A stretch of 58,153 nt of DNA. Origin: Aquificaceae bacterium. GTDB taxonomy: Bacteria > Aquificota > Aquificia > Aquificales > Aquificaceae. Positions 50,503 to 58,153 of this stretch are shown one piece after another. The position numbers were made by a program, and so were the translations under genes. The notes under the pieces were generated by a model. It was not told where the DNA came from and did no database searches. It worked only from the letters and a program-made list of their open reading frames with translations. The stretch is from the NCBI GenBank assembly GCA_039630345.1, contig JBCNVD010000035.1:1-58153 (forward strand), given 5' to 3'. The first letter of the stretch is position 1; the number at the start of each line of letters is the position of its first letter.

Positions 50503-51500
50503 CTTTGCGGTTTTGCCTGAAAGAAGTCTGTTTTTGTATCGTTTATGGTTCTGAAAGTGTCAATCCACTTCATCGGATTTTCAGTTATTTCCGGATATAG
50601 AGGTTTATAACCAATTTGTCCAAGGCGCATGTTTGCCAAGTATTTGATGTATCTATCTATCAAATGGTCGTTAATTCCAAGTATCTGATTTTGAGTTACA
50701 TATTTACCCCACTGAATTTCCATATCAGTAGCGTGTGCAAAAAACTCATAAACCCACTTTTCAATCTCAGAACTAAATAAATCTCTTGATTCTTCTTTAA
50801 GAGAGAGAATTATGTTTCTAAAGAGCGTAACATGAGTAAGCTCGTCTCTGTTTATGTATTTTATTTGCTGAACGGTGTTTCTCATCTTGCCCTGACGGGC
50901 AAGGGTGTAAAAGAACGCAAACCCTGAGTAAAAGTAAAGACTCTCTAAAACATAGTTTCCAAAAACAGCCTTTATAAAGTTCTCTTCGTTTGGGTTTTTT
51001 ATAAAATTGTTGTAAACTTCCGCTATAACTTTGTTTCTTTCCATAAGGAGTTTATCCTGGCGCCAGTAGTTATATATCTCTTCCGCAACCCCTGGGTCTA
51101 CGACGCTCTCGAGTATAAACTGATAAGAATAGCTATGCAAAGCTTCCTGAAATTCCTGAGAAGTAAGAGCCATCACTATCTCTGGCGCGGTTATGTACCT
51201 TGCAAACTCTTTAAGCATATTAACCTGATATGAATCAAGCGCTATTAAAAAAGAGAGCACCAGCTCGTATGCCCTCCTTTCGTGTGGAGAGAGCTCCCTT
51301 TCGTATTGTTTTTTATCTTCGTGCATTGGCACTTCTTCAGGAATCCAGAAGTTGCTAAAGCCCATGGTTTTATAAAGGTCATAAGCCCACTGGTATTTGA
51401 CCCTGTTTAGCTCCATTATGTTGGTGGAATTACCGCCGAGAATTCTTCTGTGGCTTGCTTCTCTGTCGCCTTCCGGGTTAAAAATTACCGTCCTTTCCAT
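50472..51500 (-). CDS. nrdB: class I ribonucleotide reductase beta subunit
   Basis: FWIPEE, LD, E..HS.SY, LE..YFYSGF, INRDE..H; dimetal ligands and radical Tyr present. Confidence 0.93.
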   Translation of the reverse strand: MERTVIFNPEGDREASHRRILGGNSTNIMELNRVKYQWAYDLYKTMGFSNFWIPEEVPMHEDKKQYERELSPHERRAYELVLSFLIALDSYQVNMLKEFARYITAPEIVMALTSQEFQEALHSYSYQFILESVVDPGVAEEIYNYWRQDKLLMERNKVIAEVYNNFIKNPNEENFIKAVFGNYVLESLYFYSGFAFFYTLARQGKMRNTVQQIKYINRDELTHVTLFRNIILSLKEESRDLFSSEIEKWVYEFFAHATDMEIQWGKYVTQNQILGINDHLIDRYIKYLANMRLGQIGYKPLYPEITENPMKWIDTFRTINDTKTDFFQAKPQSYTKRNELRW

Positions 51501-52024
51501 GTGTTTTTTATTATATCCTCCATATTGTCTATTAATGGGTCATAACAGACATTTCTTTGTGCCTTTATGCATAGTTCCTGAGCCTGTTTTAACATTTGTA
51601 AGCCTTTTTGCTCTGAGCCTACTTCAAATTCCAGCATGCCTGCCTCAAATAGTAAAATTTCTCTCTGGTCAGATGATAATTTTTGAGTGTTTATTAGCTG
51701 TTTATACTCTTTAAGTAGCTCCTTTTCCTTCTTTATAAACCTTGAACTACTACTTAACTCAGAAGCTGCGTTTTTGAAACATCCGCTATATAGCGTTAAA
51801 AACTCCCTAAGAGAGCTAATTCCAAGTTTGTAAGACTGTTTTGCCAATCCTGCCCTGTTTAAGCGAGACATTAACTCAATACTTATTGCAAGAGCTCTCT
51901 CTTTGCTTAGCTCTTTAGCTCTGCTCTCTAAAAACCTTATCGCCTCGGCATCTTTTAATTTCCTCGAGTGCTGAACTATTTCTTCTACTCTGTAGTATTC
52001 GTGGCAGGTAGGTGTATAGTGCAA
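51485..52024 (-). CDS. helical/TPR-like hypothetical protein
   Basis: 179-aa ORF with TTG start preceded by AAGGA; in frame with the upstream ORF. Confidence 0.55.
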   Translation of the reverse strand: MHYTPTCHEYYRVEEIVQHSRKLKDAEAIRFLESRAKELSKERALAISIELMSRLNRAGLAKQSYKLGISSLREFLTLYSGCFKNAASELSSSSRFIKKEKELLKEYKQLINTQKLSSDQREILLFEAGMLEFEVGSEQKGLQMLKQAQELCIKAQRNVCYDPLIDNMEDIIKNTWKGR

Positions 52025-52621
52025 TTACTTTTTCCTTACGGGATTTTGGAGCATTTTATTAAGGATTTCTCTTTGCGCATTTGCTTCGTCTGAAAATCCA
52101 GCTTTGGAGAAAATCTCTATTGCCTGCCTTCTGGCTTTTAGAGCCTCGTCGTATCTGCCAGATTCATACAGGTGACTTGCCATCAAGCCAACCGCAGTGC
52201 CATAAATGTATGGGTCTTTTTGCGCAGAAGGGTCTTTTGAAACCTCTGAGAAAAAGCTAACTGCGCTGCCGTGATTATCCTGAGACCTTAAAACATCGCT
52301 CATTAAATACAGTGCCTGAGCTGAATAAGACCTGTCAGAGTGTTTAAGAAATACAGGCATTGTCTCCTTTATTAGCTGAGAGCTTAGCTCTTTGCTGCCA
52401 AGGTTAAAGTAAGCATGAGCCATATGGAGCTTTACCTGAGCTTTTCCTATTTCGGTTCTTTGAGCCTCGAGGGCTTTTTTGAGAACTTCAAGGGCCTCGC
52501 CGGGTCTATTGGATTTATTGAGGCTAACTGCTTTATCTATAAGCGCCTGCTGAGGATTTGGCACTGTATCCTTGGCAATTGCAAAAGACAGCACAAAAAC
52601 CGCCAGAATTAGCTTGTGCAT
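52025..52621 (-). CDS. exported TPR-like protein
   Basis: Signal peptide [19 protein letters not shown]-like helices ([16 protein letters not shown]....QAIEIF). Confidence 0.75.
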   Translation of the reverse strand: MHKLILAVFVLSFAIAKDTVPNPQQALIDKAVSLNKSNRPGEALEVLKKALEAQRTEIGKAQVKLHMAHAYFNLGSKELSSQLIKETMPVFLKHSDRSYSAQALYLMSDVLRSQDNHGSAVSFFSEVSKDPSAQKDPYIYGTAVGLMASHLYESGRYDEALKARRQAIEIFSKAGFSDEANAQREILNKMLQNPVRKK

Positions 52622-54897
52622 GATTCACACTCCTCTATATCTGTTATGCTTTTGCTTCTACAATAATAAACCGTCTTTAAGCCAACCTGCCATGCAAGTT
52701 GATACAGAGAAGACAGCGTAGGACCGTCGACCTTGTCAGGGTCTATAAAAAGATTCAGAGATTGAGCCTGGTCTATCCACATTTGGCGAATTCCCGCAGC
52801 TCTTATAACCCATGTCTGATCTATTTGATGGGCGCTTTTATAGTGCCAATAGAGGGTATCTACCTCTGGGGGCACTTGCGGTAATATCCCTGACATGTTT
52901 TCTTCTTTGTAAAAGCGTGAAAATATAGGGTCTATCGAAGGCGTTGCCCCAACTATCAAAGAGGTCGAACCCGTTGGCATAAGCGCAATTAAATATCCGT
53001 TTCTTAATCCATACTGCTTTACTCTCTTTGATAGCTCTTCCCAGTCAAAGCCGTTTTTTGAAATTGCTGAGTTTTCCTCTGCGCTCCTTCCAAAGAATAT
53101 CCCCTTTTCCCATTCAGAACCTCTAAATAGCTCGTAATGACCCCTCTCTTTTGCAAGCTCGCAGGAAGAATCAATTGCCCAGTATGCGATTCTTTCAAAA
53201 AGAGCATCTGCAAAATCAAGATGCTCCTGAGACTCAAATGCTATCCCCTCTTTTGCAAGTCTGTAGTGGTAATTGCTTACCCCTATTCCTATGGCTCTAT
53301 ATCGCCTGTTGGTCCACTCGGCTTCTTTTATTGCGTAAAAGTTCATTGATATAACGTTGTCAAGCATCCTCACCAAAATAGGCATAACCCTTTTTATATC
53401 CTCGTTTTTGTAAACCTTCCCCAGATTTATAGAGCCAAGGTTACAAACAACCACATCCCCGGGGCGTTTTTTATGCACTATTAAGCCATCTTCAAAAGAA
53501 TGCTCTAAATGAGAGCTTGCAGACATATTTTGCACTATCTCGTGACAGAGGTTTGAGCTATAAACTATTCCGCAATGCTTGTTTGGATTGAGTCTGTTGG
53601 CAGTATCTCTAAAAAACACATAAGGCTCACCGGTTTCAAAAATGACACTTAATAATCTTTTCCAGAGTTCAAAGGCTTTTATGGTCTTTTTGCCGTCAGG
53701 CGGAACGCTCTTTTCCAGCTTTAAATAAGCCTCTTCAAACTCTTCACCGTATAGGTCTTCAAGGTTTTTCTCACCCTTGACATTTTTGCAATAATAAGGG
53801 TCTAAGAGTGTCCAGTATTCGTCTTTTAAAAGTCTTTGCATAAAAATGTCTGGTATAGAGACCGCAGGGTGTATGTCGTGCGCTTTTTTGCGCTCATCAC
53901 CTACATTGGTCTTTACCTCAAGAAAATCCTCTATGTCTCTGTGCCAGATATCCAGAGTGATGCTCGCCGAGCCTTTGCGCATCCCAAGCTGGTCAACATA
54001 TACCATCACGTCATTTAGAATCTTGACAACCGGTAAAACCCCGGAGCTTGCTCCTTTGAACTTCCTGATTGGTGCACCTGCCGCTCTTATCTTACCAAGG
54101 TATATCCCAAGACCGCCTGCAAACTTTGAAATCTGCCCTGCCTTTTGCACGTTATCAAAAATGTCATAAAGGTCGTCATCCACCGTCAGGACAAAGCAGG
54201 AGCTTAGTTGCGTATGCGGTCTTCTTGCGTTCATCATAGTAGGCGTTGCAAGTGAAACCTCGTGGTTGCTTATAAGCTCGTAAAACTCCTTTACATAGCT
54301 TATTCTTTCGGATTTTTTCTCGGGTATTGCCAGTGTCATTGCGATAAGCAGGTACATCTCCTGCGGGAGCTCTGTAATAAAACCCTCTTCGTTGCGAACC
54401 AGATATCTATCTGCCAGAATTTTTAAGCCTGTGTATGTAAATAACAAATCCCTCTTTGCGTCAATTAAACCTGCAAGATAGTCAAACTCTTCTTTTGAAT
54501 AATTTTCCAGAAGATAGCTTCCATAAATGCCCCTGTTTGCCAAATTTAAAACATTCTCATAAAGGCTATCCGGTCTATATGGCGTATAAGAGCCGTTTAT
54601 TTTGTCCTTTACTTCGTAGTTTCTCTGATGTCCTACTTCTTTATAAAGGTCGTATAAGAGCAATCTTGCAGCGACATATTGCCACTGAGGCGCTGAAGGG
54701 CTGATTTTGTCCGCTGCAGTTCTTATCAAAAGAGCCTGGATTTCTTTTGTGCTTATGCCCTCGCGAAATTGAATCCTGGCGTCCGCTTCAAGCTCTAATG
54801 GGTCTACATCCAGCCCTTCGCAGGCAAAGTCTATAACTACCCTGATTTTTGAGATGTCCATGGGCTCTTTCTCACCGCCTCTTTTCAGGACAAACAT
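52609..54897 (-). CDS. nrdA: class I ribonucleotide reductase alpha subunit with ATP cone
   Basis: VLKR.G..E ATP cone, [36 protein letters not shown]-terminal CESC. Confidence 0.96.
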   Translation of the reverse strand: MFVLKRGGEKEPMDISKIRVVIDFACEGLDVDPLELEADARIQFREGISTKEIQALLIRTAADKISPSAPQWQYVAARLLLYDLYKEVGHQRNYEVKDKINGSYTPYRPDSLYENVLNLANRGIYGSYLLENYSKEEFDYLAGLIDAKRDLLFTYTGLKILADRYLVRNEEGFITELPQEMYLLIAMTLAIPEKKSERISYVKEFYELISNHEVSLATPTMMNARRPHTQLSSCFVLTVDDDLYDIFDNVQKAGQISKFAGGLGIYLGKIRAAGAPIRKFKGASSGVLPVVKILNDVMVYVDQLGMRKGSASITLDIWHRDIEDFLEVKTNVGDERKKAHDIHPAVSIPDIFMQRLLKDEYWTLLDPYYCKNVKGEKNLEDLYGEEFEEAYLKLEKSVPPDGKKTIKAFELWKRLLSVIFETGEPYVFFRDTANRLNPNKHCGIVYSSNLCHEIVQNMSASSHLEHSFEDGLIVHKKRPGDVVVCNLGSINLGKVYKNEDIKRVMPILVRMLDNVISMNFYAIKEAEWTNRRYRAIGIGVSNYHYRLAKEGIAFESQEHLDFADALFERIAYWAIDSSCELAKERGHYELFRGSEWEKGIFFGRSAEENSAISKNGFDWEELSKRVKQYGLRNGYLIALMPTGSTSLIVGATPSIDPIFSRFYKEENMSGILPQVPPEVDTLYWHYKSAHQIDQTWVIRAAGIRQMWIDQAQSLNLFIDPDKVDGPTLSSLYQLAWQVGLKTVYYCRSKSITDIEECESCTS

Positions 54898-55000
54898 CGA
54901 AAAACCTCCCTGATACCTAAGCTAAAGCCTAAGGCCCGGGTTTACAATTTCTGGTTTTATTTAATAAAGGGCTAAAAAGAGCGCACTTTCTCTAAGGCTG

Positions 55001-56206
55001 TTAAGTGCCGTCCAAAAAATTCACGCTTTCAATGTGATATGTGTGCGGGAAGTTCTCTATAAGCCTTGACCACCTTAGTCTATATCCGGCTTCTTTTAAA
55101 GAGTTTATGTCCCTTGCAAGTGTTGCGGGATTGCACGAAACATAGATAATCTTTCTTGGCTTTTTGAGCTTTATTGCCTTTAGCTCTCCCTTATCCAGCC
55201 CACCTCTTGGAGGGTTTACAAAAAGCGTATCTGCATCTATGCTCAAAATCGCTTCTGCACCTTTCATCACCTGAACCTGAGCATCTACACCATTTAACCT
55301 CAGGTTATACCTCGCATCCTCTACCGCAAATGGATTTATGTCAGAAGAAAACAAAAAATCCGCCCTTCGGGCGAGAAAGACAGAGAAAAAACCAGCTCCG
55401 CAATGTAGCTCCAATACTCTTCCTTCGATTTCTTCTCCCACCGAGGCATTTATAAAATCGTCCCAGGTTTTGTAATTTATTTGCAAAAAGCTATCAAGTC
55501 CTATTTTATACTTTGCACCGCAAACTGATATAAAACCAAATCCGCGCCCTATTAGTTTGAGTCTTTCCCCGCTAACTGAATAAATACCTGCCCCCACGAC
55601 ATTAGCAGGTAAATCTGGTTCTTTTTTTACACTTATGAGTTTTAGAATGATTTCGTTTTCTCCGGGATAAAAAGTCGCGTGGCACTCTTTCAGGGATTGC
55701 TCTTTTAAAGACAGCTCTCTAAGCCATGGCAAGAGCTTTTCTAAAGAGGGATGTAAAACAGGGCAACTTGATATATCTACCAGCTTTCTGCTTGCTCTCA
55801 TAAAAAAACCCGCCTTTCCTGAGAAGACTTTAAATTGTGCTCTTATTCTATATCCCCAGGGGGATTTAAACACGGGGCTTTTTAATTCAAAATCTTCTGT
55901 TTTACCTATTCTCTGGAGGTTTTCAATAAGGATCGACTCTTTTAGCTTTATCTGACCTTCCTGTGAAACATGTTGAAGGTTACATCCGCCGCAGACATAG
56001 TAATGGGGGCATTCTGGTTCTTTTCTGTATTCTGAAACAGAGATAATTTCCTCTATAGTCCCAAAAGCGTGGTCCTTTTCCCTTTTCTGGATTCTTATTT
56101 TTACCTCTTCTCCCGGCAAGGCAAAGGGAACAAAGATTTTCCTGCCATCTTTTGCAGTTCCAAGACCAAGCCCGCCCTGCACGAGCTTGTCAATAAATAT
56201 TTTCAT
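55001..56206 (-). CDS. RNA (uracil-5)-methyltransferase, RlmD/RlmC/TrmA family with TRAM domain
   Basis: ALPGE, CPHY..CGGC..QH, F.Q.N, NPPR.G, YVSCNP.TLARD, FP.T.H.E. Confidence 0.92.
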   Translation of the reverse strand: MKIFIDKLVQGGLGLGTAKDGRKIFVPFALPGEEVKIRIQKREKDHAFGTIEEIISVSEYRKEPECPHYYVCGGCNLQHVSQEGQIKLKESILIENLQRIGKTEDFELKSPVFKSPWGYRIRAQFKVFSGKAGFFMRASRKLVDISSCPVLHPSLEKLLPWLRELSLKEQSLKECHATFYPGENEIILKLISVKKEPDLPANVVGAGIYSVSGERLKLIGRGFGFISVCGAKYKIGLDSFLQINYKTWDDFINASVGEEIEGRVLELHCGAGFFSVFLARRADFLFSSDINPFAVEDARYNLRLNGVDAQVQVMKGAEAILSIDADTLFVNPPRGGLDKGELKAIKLKKPRKIIYVSCNPATLARDINSLKEAGYRLRWSRLIENFPHTYHIESVNFLDGT

Positions 56207-57168
56207 TTTAGTTTAACCAGTTTTTCAAAGTCCTCCAGAGACATAATATCAAGATGCCAGCCTGTTATTTTATTGGCGAGTTTAACATTTACCCCGCCCT
56301 TGCCTATTGCCAGAGAGAGCTTGTTTCTATCGACTGCTATCTCTGCCTTTCTTTCTTTGCTATTTAACCTCAGCTTTAAAACCTGTGCTGGCTGAAGACT
56401 TTTTCTAATCAGCTCTTCTGGCTCGTCGCTCCAGGAGAAGACATCTATCCTCTCTCCACAGAGCTCCTCGCTTATTGTGTTGATTCTTGAGCCTCTAAGT
56501 CCAAGGACTGCGCCAACAGGGTCTAGCTTGCCATCTTTTGACAAAACTGCCAGCTTTGCTCTCTCTCCGGGTTCTCTCGCCAGTGCTTTTATTTGCACCT
56601 CGCCACTTGCCACTTCCGGCACTTCCTGCTCTATCAGGCGTTTTAAAAACTGCGGGTGAGTTCTTGAGAGCGTTATTTCGTGTTTGCCTCTTTGTTTTTT
56701 AATGCTTAAAAGGAGCGCTTTTATACCGCTCCCCTGCTTGAGGCTTTCGCGCTTTATTTGCTCTCTCTTTGGCAAGATAGCTGAAACTTTCCCAAGGTCA
56801 ACCAGAGCGTCCCCTTCCGGGGTTATTTTGCGCACTATACCGACAACCAGCTTATTCTCAAGCTGTAAAAATTCTAAAAAGCCCCTTTCCTCTTCTGCCT
56901 TTTCGAGCTCTTTTAAAAATTCCTCTCTTGCCGCGTAAGCGGCGATTCTGTTTATATCCTCAGGGGATATATCAAGTGGCTCTCCGTTTCTTGTGGTAAC
57001 TTTTATCGAATCGTCTCCAAGTTCTATCTCAAGAGAGGCAGTTTTGATACGTCTATCTTTTTTTATAGCCAGGGCTATGGCGTTTTTCAAAGACCTCTCT
57101 ACTATCCACTCTGGCAGGTTTTTTTCCTTGGCAACCTGTTCTATCAGGCGCCTTAGGTTTTTGACCAT
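56203..57168 (-). CDS. nusA: transcription termination/antitermination factor NusA
   Basis: SRTHP, EVPE, AREPG.R.K.AV, G..GSRI, AIGKGG.NV.LA...TGW..DI. Confidence 0.96.
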   Translation of the reverse strand: MVKNLRRLIEQVAKEKNLPEWIVERSLKNAIALAIKKDRRIKTASLEIELGDDSIKVTTRNGEPLDISPEDINRIAAYAAREEFLKELEKAEEERGFLEFLQLENKLVVGIVRKITPEGDALVDLGKVSAILPKREQIKRESLKQGSGIKALLLSIKKQRGKHEITLSRTHPQFLKRLIEQEVPEVASGEVQIKALAREPGERAKLAVLSKDGKLDPVGAVLGLRGSRINTISEELCGERIDVFSWSDEPEELIRKSLQPAQVLKLRLNSKERKAEIAVDRNKLSLAIGKGGVNVKLANKITGWHLDIMSLEDFEKLVKLK

Positions 57169-57629
57169 GGGTCTGAGTTTAGGTTTGCCCTTGCAATTGT
57201 CGAGACAGGAATGTGATATAGCTTTTGATCTTCTTTTATCTGGACTATCCCGTCTTTTGTCCCAAGGATTATACCTTTTATCTCCCTCTTTTGTTCTATA
57301 GGTTCTCTTAATATTACCCTCACCTCTCTTCCTGAGAAAAACTCAAAGTGTTCTGGTTTTGACAGCTCGCGATTAATACCGGGGGAGCTAACCTCAAGCG
57401 AATAGGAAAATGGGATTATATCCTCCACATCCAGAAGCGGGCTTAGCCTTTTGCTGACCTCTTCGCAATCTCCTATGTTAACGCCTCCTTTTTTGTCAAT
57501 TATTACTCTTAAAACCCACCCTCTTTCCGCCTTTAGCTCTACATCGAAAAGTCTATAACCTAGCTTTTCAACAATTGGCTTTGCAAGGCTATAGACCCTT
57601 TCTGAGAGAGCTTTGACATCCAGCTTCAT
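57153..57629 (-). CDS. rimP: ribosome maturation factor RimP
   Basis: LRV.ID..GGV...DC..VS..LS..LD, Y.LEVSSPG..R. Confidence 0.95.
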   Translation of the reverse strand: MKLDVKALSERVYSLAKPIVEKLGYRLFDVELKAERGWVLRVIIDKKGGVNIGDCEEVSKRLSPLLDVEDIIPFSYSLEVSSPGINRELSKPEHFEFFSGREVRVILREPIEQKREIKGIILGTKDGIVQIKEDQKLYHIPVSTIARANLNSDPWSKT

Positions 57630-57647
57630 CTTTTAAAAATTATAGCC

Positions 57648-57677
57648 TTGACATAATTCAAGGCGCAGTGGCAAAAT
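57648..57677 (+). promoter_or_regulatory. sigma70-type promoter of the yebC-family gene (probably leaderless)
   Basis: TTGACA(57648)-18 bp-CAAAAT(57672) with TG extension, 6 nt before the ATG. Confidence 0.55.
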
Positions 57678-57683
57678 AAAACC

Positions 57684-58153
57684 ATGGCAGGTCATAGCCA
57701 CTGGGCTCAAATAAAGCACAAAAAAGCCAAAGTCGATGCTCAAAGGGGTAAGCTCTTTACCCGTATCATTAGAGAAATCACCGTAGCCGTAAGAGAAGGA
57801 GGCCCAAATCCTGATAATAACCCGCGCTTAAGGAGCGCCATAGAGTCTGCCAGAAAAGTAAATATGCCTATGGAAAATATTGAAAGAGCAATCAAAAAAG
57901 GCAGTGGGGAGTTAGCAGGCGAAAATTTTGAAGAGGTAATTTACGAGGGCTATGCACCCGGGGGCGTTGCCCTGATGATACTTACCCTTACTGACAATAG
58001 AAACCGCACAACCTCTGAAGTAAGACATGCCCTGACCAAGCATGGCGGGAACCTAGGCTCCGCAGGGTGCGTATCTTATCTCTTTGAGAGCGTTGGTCTC
58101 ATAGAAGTTAGCAAAAACTCAATTGATGAGGATAAACTCTACGAACTATCCAT
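57684..58153 (+). CDS. YebC/PmpR family protein, 3'-truncated by the window edge (absent from the ORF track)
   Basis: Hand translation: [25 protein letters not shown]...NPRLR...YEGYAPGG...TDNRNRT. Confidence 0.95.
   Translation, partial: MAGHSHWAQIKHKKAKVDAQRGKLFTRIIREITVAVREGGPNPDNNPRLRSAIESARKVNMPMENIERAIKKGSGELAGENFEEVIYEGYAPGGVALMILTLTDNRNRTTSEVRHALTKHGGNLGSAGCVSYLFESVGLIEVSKNSIDEDKLYELS

Noticed and set aside
52025..52027. Selenocysteine or pyrrolysine recoding joining the two TPR-like ORFs
   Set aside because: The stop is TAA, not TGA or TAG, and no downstream hairpin is evident.
54898..55000. NrdR boxes upstream of nrdA
   Set aside because: No convincing match to the acaCwAtATaTwGtg-type palindrome by eye.

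Overview
Gene-dense chromosomal segment, almost entirely housekeeping genes. It most likely comes from a thermophilic Aquificota (Aquificaceae-like) bacterium; this is inferred from a bacterial Trm1, an archaeal-type ApgM, a LeuT-like transporter, an HDLP/AcuC, futalosine-pathway genes, a CCA-less tRNA and a NifA-like activator beside glnB-glnA. It holds about 54 CDSs and one tRNA-Asn(GTT). No prophage, transposase, integrase or CRISPR array is visible. The most unusual DNA is the bioB/tRNA-Asn intergenic region (22309-22524). It has seven copies of GTGACAA, arranged as an 18-bp perfect palindrome plus two oppositely oriented arrays phased at 11 bp, and is a candidate replication origin with non-canonical DnaA boxes (or another protein-binding platform). 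Other points of interest: a two-copy GTAG-hairpin (REP-like) element with a compensatory base change; a recurring -10 box 6-7 nt before start codons, suggesting many leaderless mRNAs; a minC ribosome-binding site inside the tRNA 3' end; a probable CTG start for trm1; two in-frame TPR-like ORFs inserted between nrdA and nrdB; a family-4 UDG missing two Fe-S cysteines; and a surface protein with a Cys-containing C-terminal sorting signal. All calls come from reading motifs by eye; no database searches were run.
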